Below, one piece after another: positions 1-8,979 of a stretch of 64,000 nt of DNA; positions within the stretch are counted from its first letter, which is position 1; each line of letters opens with the position of its first letter. The DNA comes from Candidatus Uhrbacteria bacterium (GTDB lineage Bacteria > Patescibacteriota > Patescibacteriia > SG8-24), in NCBI GenBank assembly GCA_016929435.1, contig JAFGIV010000005.1, positions 23,596 to 87,595 on the forward strand, read 5' to 3'. The notes beneath the pieces were generated by a model. It did no database searches. It was given only the letters and a program-made list of their open reading frames with translations, and was not told where the DNA came from. The position numbers were made by a program, and so were the translations under genes.

Positions 1-407
1 CCGGTTTGGGGAACGGGTTCGTGCCGGGCGATCCGGCGCCGTTCAACGAGGGGATGGGGGGACTTTCCGCCCAATCGGCGGGGACCATCAACCTGATGGT
101 AGTAATCAACCGTCCCCTGACGGAAAAGTCCCTGGCCGAAGCCGCCTCGGTGGCGGTCATGTCCAAGACCCACGCCCTGGTCTCGCATGGGGCGGTTAAC
201 GGTTCCGGTCGCGGCCCGATCGCCGGGACGGGAACGGACTGCATAGTGATCGTTTGCCCGAATCCAACGGGGGATAACGGGCCAAAACCGCTCAAATATT
301 CCGGAATGGGGACGGTCCTTGGGGAGGCCGTGGGGAAAACGGTTTCCCAGGCCGTCCTTAGGGCCATCGGCACACAAAACGGGGATGGCATCGCAAGTAA
401 GAACTGA
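1..407 (+). CDS. Conserved hypothetical protein, 5'-truncated at the window edge; weak resemblance to the CbiZ-like adenosylcobinamide amidohydrolase family
   Basis: ORF is open from the window start (the listed start at 6 is a TTG and the frame continues upstream). High-GC coding bias; followed by an intrinsic terminator at 427-454. The family call rests on motif memory only. Confidence 0.45.
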   Translation, partial: GLGNGFVPGDPAPFNEGMGGLSAQSAGTINLMVVINRPLTEKSLAEAASVAVMSKTHALVSHGAVNGSGRGPIAGTGTDCIVIVCPNPTGDNGPKPLKYSGMGTVLGEAVGKTVSQAVLRAIGTQNGDGIASKN

Positions 408-426
408 CCAATCGCTCCAACCAAAA

Positions 427-454
427 CGCACCAGCCGAGCCGGTGCGTTTTTTT
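427..454 (+). terminator. Rho-independent terminator of the upstream + ORF
   Basis: CGCACC...GGTGCG 6-bp GC stem followed by TTTTTTT. Confidence 0.6.
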
Positions 455-460
455 CGTGGA

Positions 461-537
461 TGGTGCGCCCAGGACGATTCGAACGTCCGACCTGCTGCTT
501 AGAAGGCAGCCGCTCTATCCGACTGAGCTATGGGCGC
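461..537 (-). tRNA. tRNA-Arg (anticodon TCT)
   Basis: Reverse complement folds as GCGCCCA-TA-GCTC...GAGC-G-GCTGC-CTTCTAA-GCAGC-...-TTCGAAT-...-TGGGCGC-A-CCA. The anticodon loop CTTCTAA gives UCU. CCA is encoded; total 77 nt. Confidence 0.88.
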
Positions 538-579
538 ACAATTTGGTTTTCCGACCCGTTAATCTTGAACCGAAAGACC

Positions 580-1539
580 CTACCCGTCAACCTTCCCTCC
601 CCTTTTCCTGTCATGGAACGACTCGTATATCTCCTTCAGCCGGCTGTCCGTAACGTGGGTGTAGATCTGGGTGGTGGTGATGGAGGAGTGCCCCAACATG
701 GCCTGGACGCTCCGGATATCCGCCCCGTTGCGCAGCAGGTCCGTGGCGAAGGTGTGGCGCATGGTGTGGGGGGTAATCGGCTTGGTGATGCCGGCCGCCC
801 GGGCATACCGCTCCACCAGACGCTGGACGCTCCGGGGCGTGAGACCGGACGATTCCCGGCCGGAAGCGGCCCGATCGTGGCTGACGAACAGGTGCGGATC
901 CATGTCGCCCCGCCTGTTCAGGTACAGTTTCAGCCAATACCGGGCCTGGTTGGACAGGAACACCACCCGCAGCCTGCTGCCCTTTCCGCGCACGGTGAAT
1001 TCCTCGTTCTTGAGATTAACCTGGCTTTTGGTCAGGCCGGCCAATTCCGAAACTCGCAGGCCGGTCGAGAAAAGCGTCTCCAAAATTGCCTTGTCCCTAA
1101 GCCGAACGATGGGCAAAGCCGATTCCGGCAGGGCGTGCCCCTGGCCGTCCTGCAGCGGCACCCTCAAAATGCGCTCCAACTCGTCGTTTTCCAGGAAAGA
1201 GACGCTCCGTTCCGGCATTTTGGCCAGGTCCACCTTTTCCGTAGCCAGGCTGCGGACGTCGTTCCGGGACAGGTATTTCAGGAAGGACCGCAGGGCAATC
1301 AGGTGGTAATTTTGCGTGCTCTTGCCCAAAAGCTCCCCGTTTGCGCCTTTCAGCCTATTAAGCCAAAGCCGGTATTGCCTGACCTTGTCGTGGGTGATTC
1401 CGGCCGGCGGGGGCCACCCGGCCCACTCGAAAAACCGGCGCAAATAGAAATCATAGTTGCGGACGGTCCGCAGGGACCGGTTCTTCTCTATCTCCAAATG
1501 CTGCAGGTATTCGTTCAGAATCTTCTTGCTGTCCGCCAT
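580..1539 (-). CDS. xerC: Tyrosine site-specific recombinase, XerC/XerD family
   Basis: N-terminal SAM-like core-binding domain (LRTVRNYDFYLRRF). C-terminal catalytic motifs HTMRHTFATDLL...LGHSSITTTQIYTHV with R-H-R-Y residues, typical of XerD/XerC. Confidence 0.85.
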   Translation of the reverse strand: MADSKKILNEYLQHLEIEKNRSLRTVRNYDFYLRRFFEWAGWPPPAGITHDKVRQYRLWLNRLKGANGELLGKSTQNYHLIALRSFLKYLSRNDVRSLATEKVDLAKMPERSVSFLENDELERILRVPLQDGQGHALPESALPIVRLRDKAILETLFSTGLRVSELAGLTKSQVNLKNEEFTVRGKGSRLRVVFLSNQARYWLKLYLNRRGDMDPHLFVSHDRAASGRESSGLTPRSVQRLVERYARAAGITKPITPHTMRHTFATDLLRNGADIRSVQAMLGHSSITTTQIYTHVTDSRLKEIYESFHDRKRGGKVDG

Positions 1540-1708
1540 ATATCTATATTATACGACACAAAGATATTAGAGGCCAGCCCTTGCCACAATAAAGGATAGA
1601 TGCTAATCTCCCTTCGTAACCAATGCGGCCATTTGGCCCGGCCTTCGGACCCGGCTCGATGAACCGTTAACCGCCCCCCATACTACATATGTAAGGGGAC
1701 CGAGAGAT

Positions 1709-1969
1709 ATGCTGGACAAGAACCAAAAGGAGAAGATCATCGCCAAATTCAAGACCCACGAGTCGGATACCGGCTCCCCGCAGGTCCAGATCGCCATCCT
1801 GACGGCCGAAATCAAGGACCTGACCGATCACCTGATCAACCACAAGAAGGACTTCTCATCCCGAAAGGGCCTGTTGCGCAAGGTAAGCGAACGGCGTCGC
1901 CTGATCAAGTACCTGAAGCGCGAGGACCCGTCCGGATACGATGACCTGGCGACAAAACTGAAGATATAA
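1709..1969 (+). CDS. rpsO: 30S ribosomal protein S15
   Basis: 86 aa. The GSPQVQIAILTAEIKDLTDHL...LLRKVSERRRLIKYL motif is a canonical S15 sequence. Confidence 0.93.
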   Translation: MLDKNQKEKIIAKFKTHESDTGSPQVQIAILTAEIKDLTDHLINHKKDFSSRKGLLRKVSERRRLIKYLKREDPSGYDDLATKLKI

Positions 1970-1976
1970 ATCGGTA

Positions 1977-2005
1977 AGGCACCGGGTTTTCTCGGTGCCT
2001 TATTG
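1977..2005 (+). terminator. rpsO terminator/attenuator hairpin (AAGGCACCG...CGGTGCCTT + TT)
   Basis: 9-bp stem immediately after the rpsO stop, as in the classical rpsO-pnp arrangement. Confidence 0.55.
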
Positions 2006-2050
2006 GAATTTCGGACCGGATTCCCATCCTTCCGGAAAAGACAGCGCCAT

Positions 2051-2671
2051 ATGATAAAACACGAACACCAACGGGTAGGCGTCTTCATCGACGTCCAGAA
2101 CATGTACTATACGGCCAAGAAGATATGGAACTCCAGGGTTGACTTCGGAAACATCCTGGAGACGGCCGTGGCCGGACGGCAATACATCCGAGGCATCGCC
2201 TATGTGGTGGAGGCCACCGGCGACGAAAAGCCGTTCTTTGAGGCCCTGCACCAGCGCGGCCTGGAGACCAAGATGCGGGAAGTGACGGTCTTTGCCAGCG
2301 GGGCCAAGAAGGCGGACTGGGACGTCGGCATGGCCGTGGATGCCATCCGAATCGGGGAGATCCTGGACGTGGTGGTGCTGGTCACCGGGGACGGCGATTT
2401 TGTCGAACTGGTCGAGTATCTCCGCCACCACGGCCGCCAGGTGGAGGTGATTGCCTTCAAGGAAACCACCTCGGCCAAGCTGATCGATGCGGCCGACGAC
2501 TACACCAACCTGTCCGACGACCTGGGCCGCTTCCTGATCCGTCCGCATCGCCGACAGAACGCCGAACCGGAAGCCAAGACTTCCGTCGCCGTCCCGCCGG
2601 AAACCGAAAAGGGGCATCCTGCCCAACCGGCCAGGGCGCCCAAGGGGAACCACCCCCGAAACAGCCGTTAG
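2051..2671 (+). CDS. NYN-domain (LabA-like, predicted RNase) protein; an alternative TTG start at 2003 is possible
   Basis: VGVFIDVQNMYY...VVLVTGDGDF is the typical NYN/LabA PIN-like nuclease motif, followed by a low-complexity Pro/Ala/Lys tail. It sits between rpsO and pnp. Confidence 0.75.
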   Translation: MIKHEHQRVGVFIDVQNMYYTAKKIWNSRVDFGNILETAVAGRQYIRGIAYVVEATGDEKPFFEALHQRGLETKMREVTVFASGAKKADWDVGMAVDAIRIGEILDVVVLVTGDGDFVELVEYLRHHGRQVEVIAFKETTSAKLIDAADDYTNLSDDLGRFLIRPHRRQNAEPEAKTSVAVPPETEKGHPAQPARAPKGNHPRNSR

Positions 2672-2835
2672 GAAAAACAAAAGGACAGGCACTATTCACT
2701 GCGGTCGGCATTGCCGTTTCGCCGGAAGACACAAAGACCATCGCCTGAAGGTTCGGGCACCGTGGTCTCAAGCCTTCCTACGACGGGCCACCGGCCGCCT
2801 ATCGTCCCCGATTGCCGCAAGGCCGGGGAAAAACT

Positions 2836-5097
2836 ATGGAAACCAAGAGATTCGAGGCTGACTGGGGCGGCCGCAAGCTGGTCGTCGAGACCGGACTTCT
2901 GGCTCCCCGCGCCAATGCCTCCGTCACCGTCCGCTATGGCGACAGCGTTGTCCTGGCGACCGCGGTCATGTCCAAGCAGGCCAGGGAGAACATCGATTTT
3001 TTTCCCCTGACCGTAGAGTACGAAGAGAGGCTTTACGCCTCGGGAAAGATCAAGAGCTCCCGTTTCATCAAGCGGGAGGGCCGGCCGTCCGACGAGGCGG
3101 TCATGACCGGAAGGATGATCGATCGGGCCATCCGCCCGCTTTTTCCGGCCGATGTCCGGCATGAGGTACAGGTCGTCCTGACCGTACTGTCCGCCGACAT
3201 GGAAAACGACACCGACATCGTCGGCATGATCGGCGCCTCCTGCGTACTGGCCATGTCCGACATCCCCTGGAAAGGGCCGATCGCCGGTGTCCGAATAGGC
3301 CGGGTCAACGGCCAACTCGTCGTCAACCCGACCCTTAGGCAGGTGGACGATGAAAGCGACATTGACATGATCGTCGCCGGAACCACGGAAAGGACCGTCA
3401 TGCTGGAGGCCAACGGCAAGCAGGTTCCGGAGGCGGACATGAAGGCCGCCGTATTTTTCGGCATGGAAAGCCTGAAGGCCCCGATTGACCTCATCAGCCG
3501 CATTGTCGCCGAAATCGGAAAGGCCAAGATCGACCCGTCCAGGCTGACCGGATCGGATCCGGACGAGACCGAGAAGCAGAGGAGGGAAATGGAGGCTAAC
3601 CGGGCCAAGGCCGCCGAGTTCCTCAAGTCCCGCCTGCCGGCCGTACTGTTCGACAACCCCAAGTTCACCAAATCCGAACGGCAGGAAGCCCTGGATCGGC
3701 TGAAACATGAGGCCGACGAATACCTGAAATCCGAACAGTTCGGAAAGGACAGGCGGACCAGGGTACTGGACGGTTTCTATAAGATGATCGGGGCTGCGGC
3801 CACCGAAGCCATCCTGGACGGAGACAGGCGGGTGGACGGCCGATCACTGACCGATGTCCGGCCCCTTTTCGGCCAGGTCGGCCTGCTCCCGCGGACCCAC
3901 GGTTCCGGACTGTTCCAGCGCGGCGAAACCCAGGTCCTTTCCGTCACCACCCTTGGCGGCCCCGGCGACGCCCAGATACTGGACGGCATGGACCAACCGA
4001 ACCTCCGGAAACGCTACATGCACCACTACAACTTTCCGCCGTATTCCTGCGGGGAGACCGGCCGGATCGGCGGCACCGGACGGAGGGAAATCGGGCATGG
4101 GGGCCTGGCTGAAAGGGCCCTGATCCCGGTCCTTCCCCCCAAGGAGGAGTTCCCCTACGTGATCCGGGTCGTTTCCGAGGTCCTTTCCTCCAACGGATCC
4201 AGCTCCCAGGCCTCAATATGCGGATCGACCCTGTCGCTTATGGATGCCGGCGTTCCCATCAGGGAGCCGGTGGCCGGCATTGCCATGGGCCTGGCCTCAA
4301 ACTCCGACATGAGCCGGTGGAAGGTGCTGACTGACATCCAGGACATAGAGGACGGCGACGGCGGGATGGACTTCAAGATCGGCGGCACCAGAAACGGCGT
4401 CTGCACCATCCAGCTGGACACCAAAACCATCGGCCTGACCAGGGAAATAATAGAGAAGACCCTGATACAGGGACGGGAGGCCCTGGACCGAATCCTGGCG
4501 GAGATGTCCAAGACCATCCCTGCCCCGCGTCCGGAACTGGCCCCGCACGCCCCGCGAATCGTCACCGTGAAGATTGCCGTTGACCAGATCAGGGACGTCA
4601 TCGGTCCGGGCGGAAAGATGATCAACGAAATCGTCAGCACCACCGGAGTCAAGATGGACGTGGAGGACGACGGGACGATAACCATCACATCCGCCAACCG
4701 CGAGGGCCTGGAGGCGGCCGTCCGGAGGATCAAGGAGATTACCAGGAAGGTTGAGGTGGGGGAAATGTTCCGCGGCAAGGTGGTCCGGATAATGGATTTC
4801 GGGGCTTTCGTGGAACTGACCCCGGGACAGGACGGGATGGTTCACATCTCTGACCTGGCCCCTTGGCATGTCGGGAAGGTTACTGACCTGGTCAATGTCG
4901 GGGACGTCATTCCGGTTAAGGTCATCAAGATAGACGAGTTGGGACGAATCAACCTTTCCATGAAGGAAGCCAAGAAGGAGTTGGGGGAGGAGCAGGTCCC
5001 GCCGCCGGGATACAACCCGCGACCGCCGATGGGCGGGGGACGGCCTTTCGGCAGCGGTCCCCGTCCAACCGGAGGGCAAGGCGGGTTCCGTCACTAG
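2836..5097 (+). CDS. pnp: Polynucleotide phosphorylase (PNPase)
   Basis: Two RNase PH domains, KH (GPGGKMINEI) and S1 (GKVVRIMDFGAFVEL) domains, and a Gly/Pro-rich C-terminal tail. 754 aa from the ATG at 2836. Confidence 0.95.
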   Translation: METKRFEADWGGRKLVVETGLLAPRANASVTVRYGDSVVLATAVMSKQARENIDFFPLTVEYEERLYASGKIKSSRFIKREGRPSDEAVMTGRMIDRAIRPLFPADVRHEVQVVLTVLSADMENDTDIVGMIGASCVLAMSDIPWKGPIAGVRIGRVNGQLVVNPTLRQVDDESDIDMIVAGTTERTVMLEANGKQVPEADMKAAVFFGMESLKAPIDLISRIVAEIGKAKIDPSRLTGSDPDETEKQRREMEANRAKAAEFLKSRLPAVLFDNPKFTKSERQEALDRLKHEADEYLKSEQFGKDRRTRVLDGFYKMIGAAATEAILDGDRRVDGRSLTDVRPLFGQVGLLPRTHGSGLFQRGETQVLSVTTLGGPGDAQILDGMDQPNLRKRYMHHYNFPPYSCGETGRIGGTGRREIGHGGLAERALIPVLPPKEEFPYVIRVVSEVLSSNGSSSQASICGSTLSLMDAGVPIREPVAGIAMGLASNSDMSRWKVLTDIQDIEDGDGGMDFKIGGTRNGVCTIQLDTKTIGLTREIIEKTLIQGREALDRILAEMSKTIPAPRPELAPHAPRIVTVKIAVDQIRDVIGPGGKMINEIVSTTGVKMDVEDDGTITITSANREGLEAAVRRIKEITRKVEVGEMFRGKVVRIMDFGAFVELTPGQDGMVHISDLAPWHVGKVTDLVNVGDVIPVKVIKIDELGRINLSMKEAKKELGEEQVPPPGYNPRPPMGGGRPFGSGPRPTGGQGGFRH

Positions 5098-5204
5098 GAA
5101 CAAATAACCCGACTGGAACAGGCGGGCATAGGGAAAAACAAGACGGGTTAACGCAGGACAGCCGGGGTTGGAGACCATCTCCGGCCCCGGCTGTCCCTTA
5201 AGCC

Positions 5205-6614
5205 ATGAAAACAGCGCTGAAAAACGGTCCAAAAAACACCTTGACGGAAAGGGTGACGGTACTGAAAAAACGGCTGGCCGCAACCGCAGCCGTCTTTTTG
5301 GCGATCCTTTCGGCCCTATCCGTCTTTATGGTCACCAATGCCGTGATTCTCCCGAAAGACAGCCTTTCCCGGTTCGTGCCCCATGACTCCATCGGTTACC
5401 TCCATGCCGACCTGACCGCCCCGGTTCGTCCCCGATCCCAGGAGACGATCGACGTCCCGTTCGGGATGGGGCCGGACGAGGCTGCCCGTTTTGTGGCCCT
5501 TTCCAACGGCCAACTAGAGTCCGGATGGATTCTGGCCTGGCACAGGCACGGGCCGTCCGTCGCTGAAAGGGAACGGTTGGCGGACGAGGGGGCTGTCCAA
5601 CTGCTCCCCAACGGAACGGCCTGGATAATCGCCCCGCAGGACCTGGTAGACCGGTGCCGGGAATCCCTGTCCCGGGGATCAACACTGGCAAATGACCCGA
5701 AAATGTCCAAAGGCCTTAAGCTTGCCCGTGACCTCTACCCTGTCCAATTCATGCTAAATCCCAACCGCCTCCCAGAAACCGGAAGGGCAGACCCCGTCAT
5801 GGACGATTTCCGGCAAATGGGTCCGATCGTCGGATCCTCCTCTGACCAGGAATTTTCCAGGGGGATTGTCCTTGCGTTTCCCGATTCCGGGCCGCCAGAA
5901 AAAGGAATCCTGTCCCAAAAACCGGACATTTTCTGGGGGGAAGGCGCGGTCTTGGCCTATGCGGGGGAAAACACTGACACCAACTGGATGGCCGTGGTGT
6001 TCGGGCAGATAAACGACTGGCGGATATCCCTTGGCCTGGATCCGGCCGGGATCCCGAACCCGAAAACGATCCATGACGGTCGGGTATCCATGGTCTTTTT
6101 CCCTACGGAAAAAGACCGTCCCGAATTCACCGTTCGCCTGGAGGAAACGGATCTGGAAGAAATTTACGGAAAATTGAGGATTTTCCTGGATAGGGTCGTT
6201 CCCGGCCGGCAAGTTACCAACCTGCCTGACGGGGATCGGGTTATTGAGCTGGTGACCGTCGCCGGCACCGAAGGTTTGGGGACAGGTGAAAGCATACAAT
6301 CGGGCATTACCGTCAACATAACCGCCAAACCGGAATTTTACCTTCACTTGCGGCAGGAGGGCAGGGATGTTGCCATGTATTCCAGTCAGCGCATGATCGA
6401 TTTGCCAAAAAACAGGGTGGATCTTACCGACTGCGGACAGCATAAAGGTAACCGGCTGATAACCCAAAATTCGTATTTCAGTACCCTACTGAATCTATTG
6501 GGTGTCAACAACGGAACAGGGGAAGGTTTTCGTTTATTCATAGAGAAACAATACAATCTGTGGATAACATGCAGGTTATCCACAATCGTGGTGGATAACT
6601 TACAATCAAACTGA
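5205..6614 (+). CDS. Hypothetical protein with an N-terminal transmembrane anchor
   Basis: 469-aa ORF with coding-like composition and one N-terminal TM helix. No recognisable domain. Confidence 0.55.
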   Translation: MKTALKNGPKNTLTERVTVLKKRLAATAAVFLAILSALSVFMVTNAVILPKDSLSRFVPHDSIGYLHADLTAPVRPRSQETIDVPFGMGPDEAARFVALSNGQLESGWILAWHRHGPSVAERERLADEGAVQLLPNGTAWIIAPQDLVDRCRESLSRGSTLANDPKMSKGLKLARDLYPVQFMLNPNRLPETGRADPVMDDFRQMGPIVGSSSDQEFSRGIVLAFPDSGPPEKGILSQKPDIFWGEGAVLAYAGENTDTNWMAVVFGQINDWRISLGLDPAGIPNPKTIHDGRVSMVFFPTEKDRPEFTVRLEETDLEEIYGKLRIFLDRVVPGRQVTNLPDGDRVIELVTVAGTEGLGTGESIQSGITVNITAKPEFYLHLRQEGRDVAMYSSQRMIDLPKNRVDLTDCGQHKGNRLITQNSYFSTLLNLLGVNNGTGEGFRLFIEKQYNLWITCRLSTIVVDNLQSN

Positions 6615-6681
6615 ACAGAAAAAAGGTTCATTGTTTTTTAAAAAAATGTTTTTTACCTAAAACCAGCTAAAATTTACCATA

Positions 6682-6710
6682 TTGACAGTATGCGCCACTG
6701 TTGATATACT
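6682..6710 (+). promoter_or_regulatory. Consensus sigma70 promoter (TTGACA, 17-bp spacer, TATACT)
   Basis: TTGACA at 6682-6687, 17-bp spacer, TATACT at 6705-6710. Predicted transcription start site near 6717. Confidence 0.6.
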
Positions 6711-6716
6711 AAACGT

Positions 6717-7072
6717 GTTGATAGATCATGTTCCTTACACAAAACAAGAAACAAGGGGATCTCTCCCGGAGCACGGTCTCGGAGCGAGTTCCCCCTTCTC
6801 TACTGATTCCGCACACCAACCTTAGAAACCAAAACAAAATTTCTAAAAATCTTGTGCTTGGTATCCTCCCGCTTGGGTGGCCACTACCAAGAATCGGTAA
6901 AGAAGTGCACTTGGGTTAGGGAATCATGTTCAGAGCAGGCGCTTTGCCTGCACCCCCACAGGGGGTATAGACAATGCGCCTGCATGAGCTACTTTCCCAC
7001 AAACCCCACGGCGTAAGATGCCTTTGAGACTACCATTTGGCTACACTTACGCCGTTTTTTTTATCCAAAAAA
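6717..7072 (+). ncRNA. Candidate ~345-nt structured non-coding RNA of unidentified class
   Basis: Strong promoter upstream and an intrinsic terminator at the 3' end (GGCGTAAG...CTTACGCC + TTTTTTTT at ~7024-7072). Multiple internal hairpins (CTTGGTA...TACCAAG; CAGGCGC...GCGCCTG; CCCCCACAGGGGG). Lower GC than neighbouring genes; the only ORF is 63 aa and not protein-like. Confidence 0.45.
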
Positions 7073-7088
7073 TACCTTTCCGCACCTA

Positions 7089-7117
7089 TTGACTGGCGTT
7101 GATTAAACCTATATATT
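7089..7117 (+). promoter_or_regulatory. Sigma70-like promoter (TTGACT, 17-bp spacer, TATATT) for the dksA-like gene
   Basis: Hexamer match with correct spacing. Confidence 0.45.
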
Positions 7118-7181
7118 GTTTACTGTTACCGGCCTGCCTGAAATCGGATCATGGCCGTATTATATAGCGGAAAACACGACT

Positions 7182-7553
7182 ATGAACAAGGACCTAATAA
7201 AGGAAATGGAAAGCCGGCTGAACAGCGAAAGGACCCGCCTTAAGGAAGAGTTGGAATCGTTTGCCAGCCAAAACCCGAAAAACTCCCAAGACTATAACGC
7301 CAACTTCCCCAACCTTGGGGATAAGGAGGACGAGAACGCCGAAGAGGTCGATACCTTCAGCACCAACCTGGCCCTGGAAAGGACCCTGGAATCAAACCTG
7401 AGGGATATTGACGATGCCCTTGACCGAATCGGTAAGGGCATCTACGGCATCTGCAAATACTGCGGAAAGGAGATAGACGAGAAACGCCTGCAGGCCAGAC
7501 CGGCCTCCAGCTCGTGTATAGAATGTAAGAAATCGTTCACTAGGGAAATCTAA
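7182..7553 (+). CDS. DksA/TraR-family C4-type zinc-finger protein
   Basis: N-terminal coiled coil, then CKYCGKEI...CIECK, a CxxC-x17-CxxC zinc finger. A TTG at 7116 is an alternative start. Confidence 0.8.
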   Translation: MNKDLIKEMESRLNSERTRLKEELESFASQNPKNSQDYNANFPNLGDKEDENAEEVDTFSTNLALERTLESNLRDIDDALDRIGKGIYGICKYCGKEIDEKRLQARPASSSCIECKKSFTREI

Positions 7554-7617
7554 CGAATCCCGTAACCGGCCTGACCGTTCCGTCGGTCCCCTTGGGACTT
7601 TCCCGCAGTGATGGGCC

Positions 7618-8121
7618 ATGCCAAACCTGAGCGAGTCCCCGAAAAAACAAGGACGTCCGTGGGCGCTTATCATGTCTGCGGCGGTTCTTTTGTCAGCGGA
7701 CCGCTGGTTCAAGGGGTTGGCAATGGCCACCGGAGCGGAGGGGCTTTGGGAAAATGCCTTCGGCCTGCCGGTTGACTTCCGGCTTTTCCTGAATCCCGGC
7801 ATTGTCTTCAGCCTGCCGCTGCCTGATCTCGTCTTCTGGCCGACAGCGACTTTGGCCGGCGGAGCCCTAATCTGTGCCTTGGCCAAAACCTGGAGACCGC
7901 AGCCGGCCGTGGCTACGGCCCTAATCTTCGTGGTCTTGGGCGGACTGTCCAATGTCGTTGACCGCATGCTGGTCGGTTCGGTAATCGATTACCTGATTTT
8001 CTTCGACTTGTCGGCCGTGAACATCGCCGACGGGATGATCCTGGGCGGGGCGATCGGGGCGTATTGGATAACGCGGAAAGACGGAAAGAACGGCTCTTTC
8101 GCAGCGGGAGGCAGGGGATAA
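7618..8121 (+). CDS. lspA: Lipoprotein signal peptidase (signal peptidase II)
   Basis: Four TM segments; conserved LGGLSNVVDRMLVGSVIDYL and NIADGMILGG motifs. Confidence 0.85.
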   Translation: MPNLSESPKKQGRPWALIMSAAVLLSADRWFKGLAMATGAEGLWENAFGLPVDFRLFLNPGIVFSLPLPDLVFWPTATLAGGALICALAKTWRPQPAVATALIFVVLGGLSNVVDRMLVGSVIDYLIFFDLSAVNIADGMILGGAIGAYWITRKDGKNGSFAAGGRG

Positions 8122-8206
8122 GTGTGGCGGGATAGACATGGAAGGCAGAAAACAAAAGAGGGGACGGATCAATCAGACCCGCCCCCTTTTTACAATCCAA
8201 TCCCTG

Positions 8207-8782
8207 CTAAAGATCCTGCAAGGTCTGCAAGAACTCCTCCTTTTTCCATTCCTCCCATTTCAATTTCACCCGAAAGAGAAAATATCTGTCGAAACCCCTG
8301 TATTTTTCAATATCCTCGACGAATTTTACTTCATCTGGACAAACTTGATCATCGAAAAAAGGCACTATGGGACGGATTACTTTTAGAACCACCATTCCAT
8401 TCCCCAAAAACTCCACCAGCTCGACTAACGATCCAAACCCCAGGGTACACTCCTCTATTTCCTCATTTCCCGAAAGGGATGAAGGGGATTTTGTTTTGTA
8501 CTGTATCACCCCATTCATACATATTCGATCCCCTTTTTGAGGGAGCTCACTTTGACCCTTATGCCCTTGACACAATTTTATATCTATCCCTGTTTCGACT
8601 TCTTTCGACTGATCCTTCGCCTGATTTTCCGTTTTTGACTGACCCTCAACCGCCTTCTCCTGCGCCGTATCCTGAACCTGACATGAATCCAGCCGTTCAG
8701 ACATGACGCTTATCCTGTATTGAAGGCTCACCAGCCACGAAGCGAAAAAAATACCTGTTACCGTCAGAATGATGCTTTTCAT
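8207..8782 (-). CDS. Hypothetical secreted/membrane-anchored protein in a low-GC islet
   Basis: 191 aa with an N-terminal hydrophobic segment and a good RBS (AGGAAGAGGA). The local drop in GC (8.13-8.9 kb) matches this ORF's composition. Confidence 0.55.
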   Translation of the reverse strand: MKSIILTVTGIFFASWLVSLQYRISVMSERLDSCQVQDTAQEKAVEGQSKTENQAKDQSKEVETGIDIKLCQGHKGQSELPQKGDRICMNGVIQYKTKSPSSLSGNEEIEECTLGFGSLVELVEFLGNGMVVLKVIRPIVPFFDDQVCPDEVKFVEDIEKYRGFDRYFLFRVKLKWEEWKKEEFLQTLQDL

Positions 8783-8979
8783 TGCGATATCCTCTTCCTT
8801 TTTCTATGGTCGTCACCTTTTCCGTGACGACATTTTTAAAATGTTCTTTCTCCTGCTCACCAACCTAATGATAGGGATAGCATAAAAACGCAATCCTGTC
8901 AAGCCTTAAACCCCAACGTTTTGACACCGAAAACCGTCTCGTGTAAGAATATCGCGCCTTAAAAAATAACCGCGAAAAA

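Noticed and set aside
461-1539. tRNA-Arg plus an adjacent tyrosine recombinase as an integrated mobile element (integrase at a tRNA)
   Set aside because: The recombinase has the XerC/D-type N-terminal domain and C-terminal motifs and is flanked by housekeeping genes (rpsO-pnp). No direct repeat of the tRNA 3' end was seen nearby.
319-1599. 426-aa + strand ORF overlapping the tRNA-Arg and XerC/D region
   Set aside because: It is antisense to a confidently identified tyrosine recombinase and a tRNA. The translation is a low-complexity Pro/Gly/Arg-rich product typical of spurious ORFs in high-GC DNA.
2692-3708. 338-aa minus-strand ORF inside pnp
   Set aside because: It is antisense to PNPase, with no RBS and a low-complexity translation.
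6717-7072. Identification of the candidate ncRNA as tmRNA or RNase P RNA
   Set aside because: It has no tRNA-like 3' end (GGUUCGAxUCC...CCA) and no in-frame tag reading frame ending ALAA, which rules out tmRNA. The P4 consensus strands of bacterial RNase P were not found. The class is left open.
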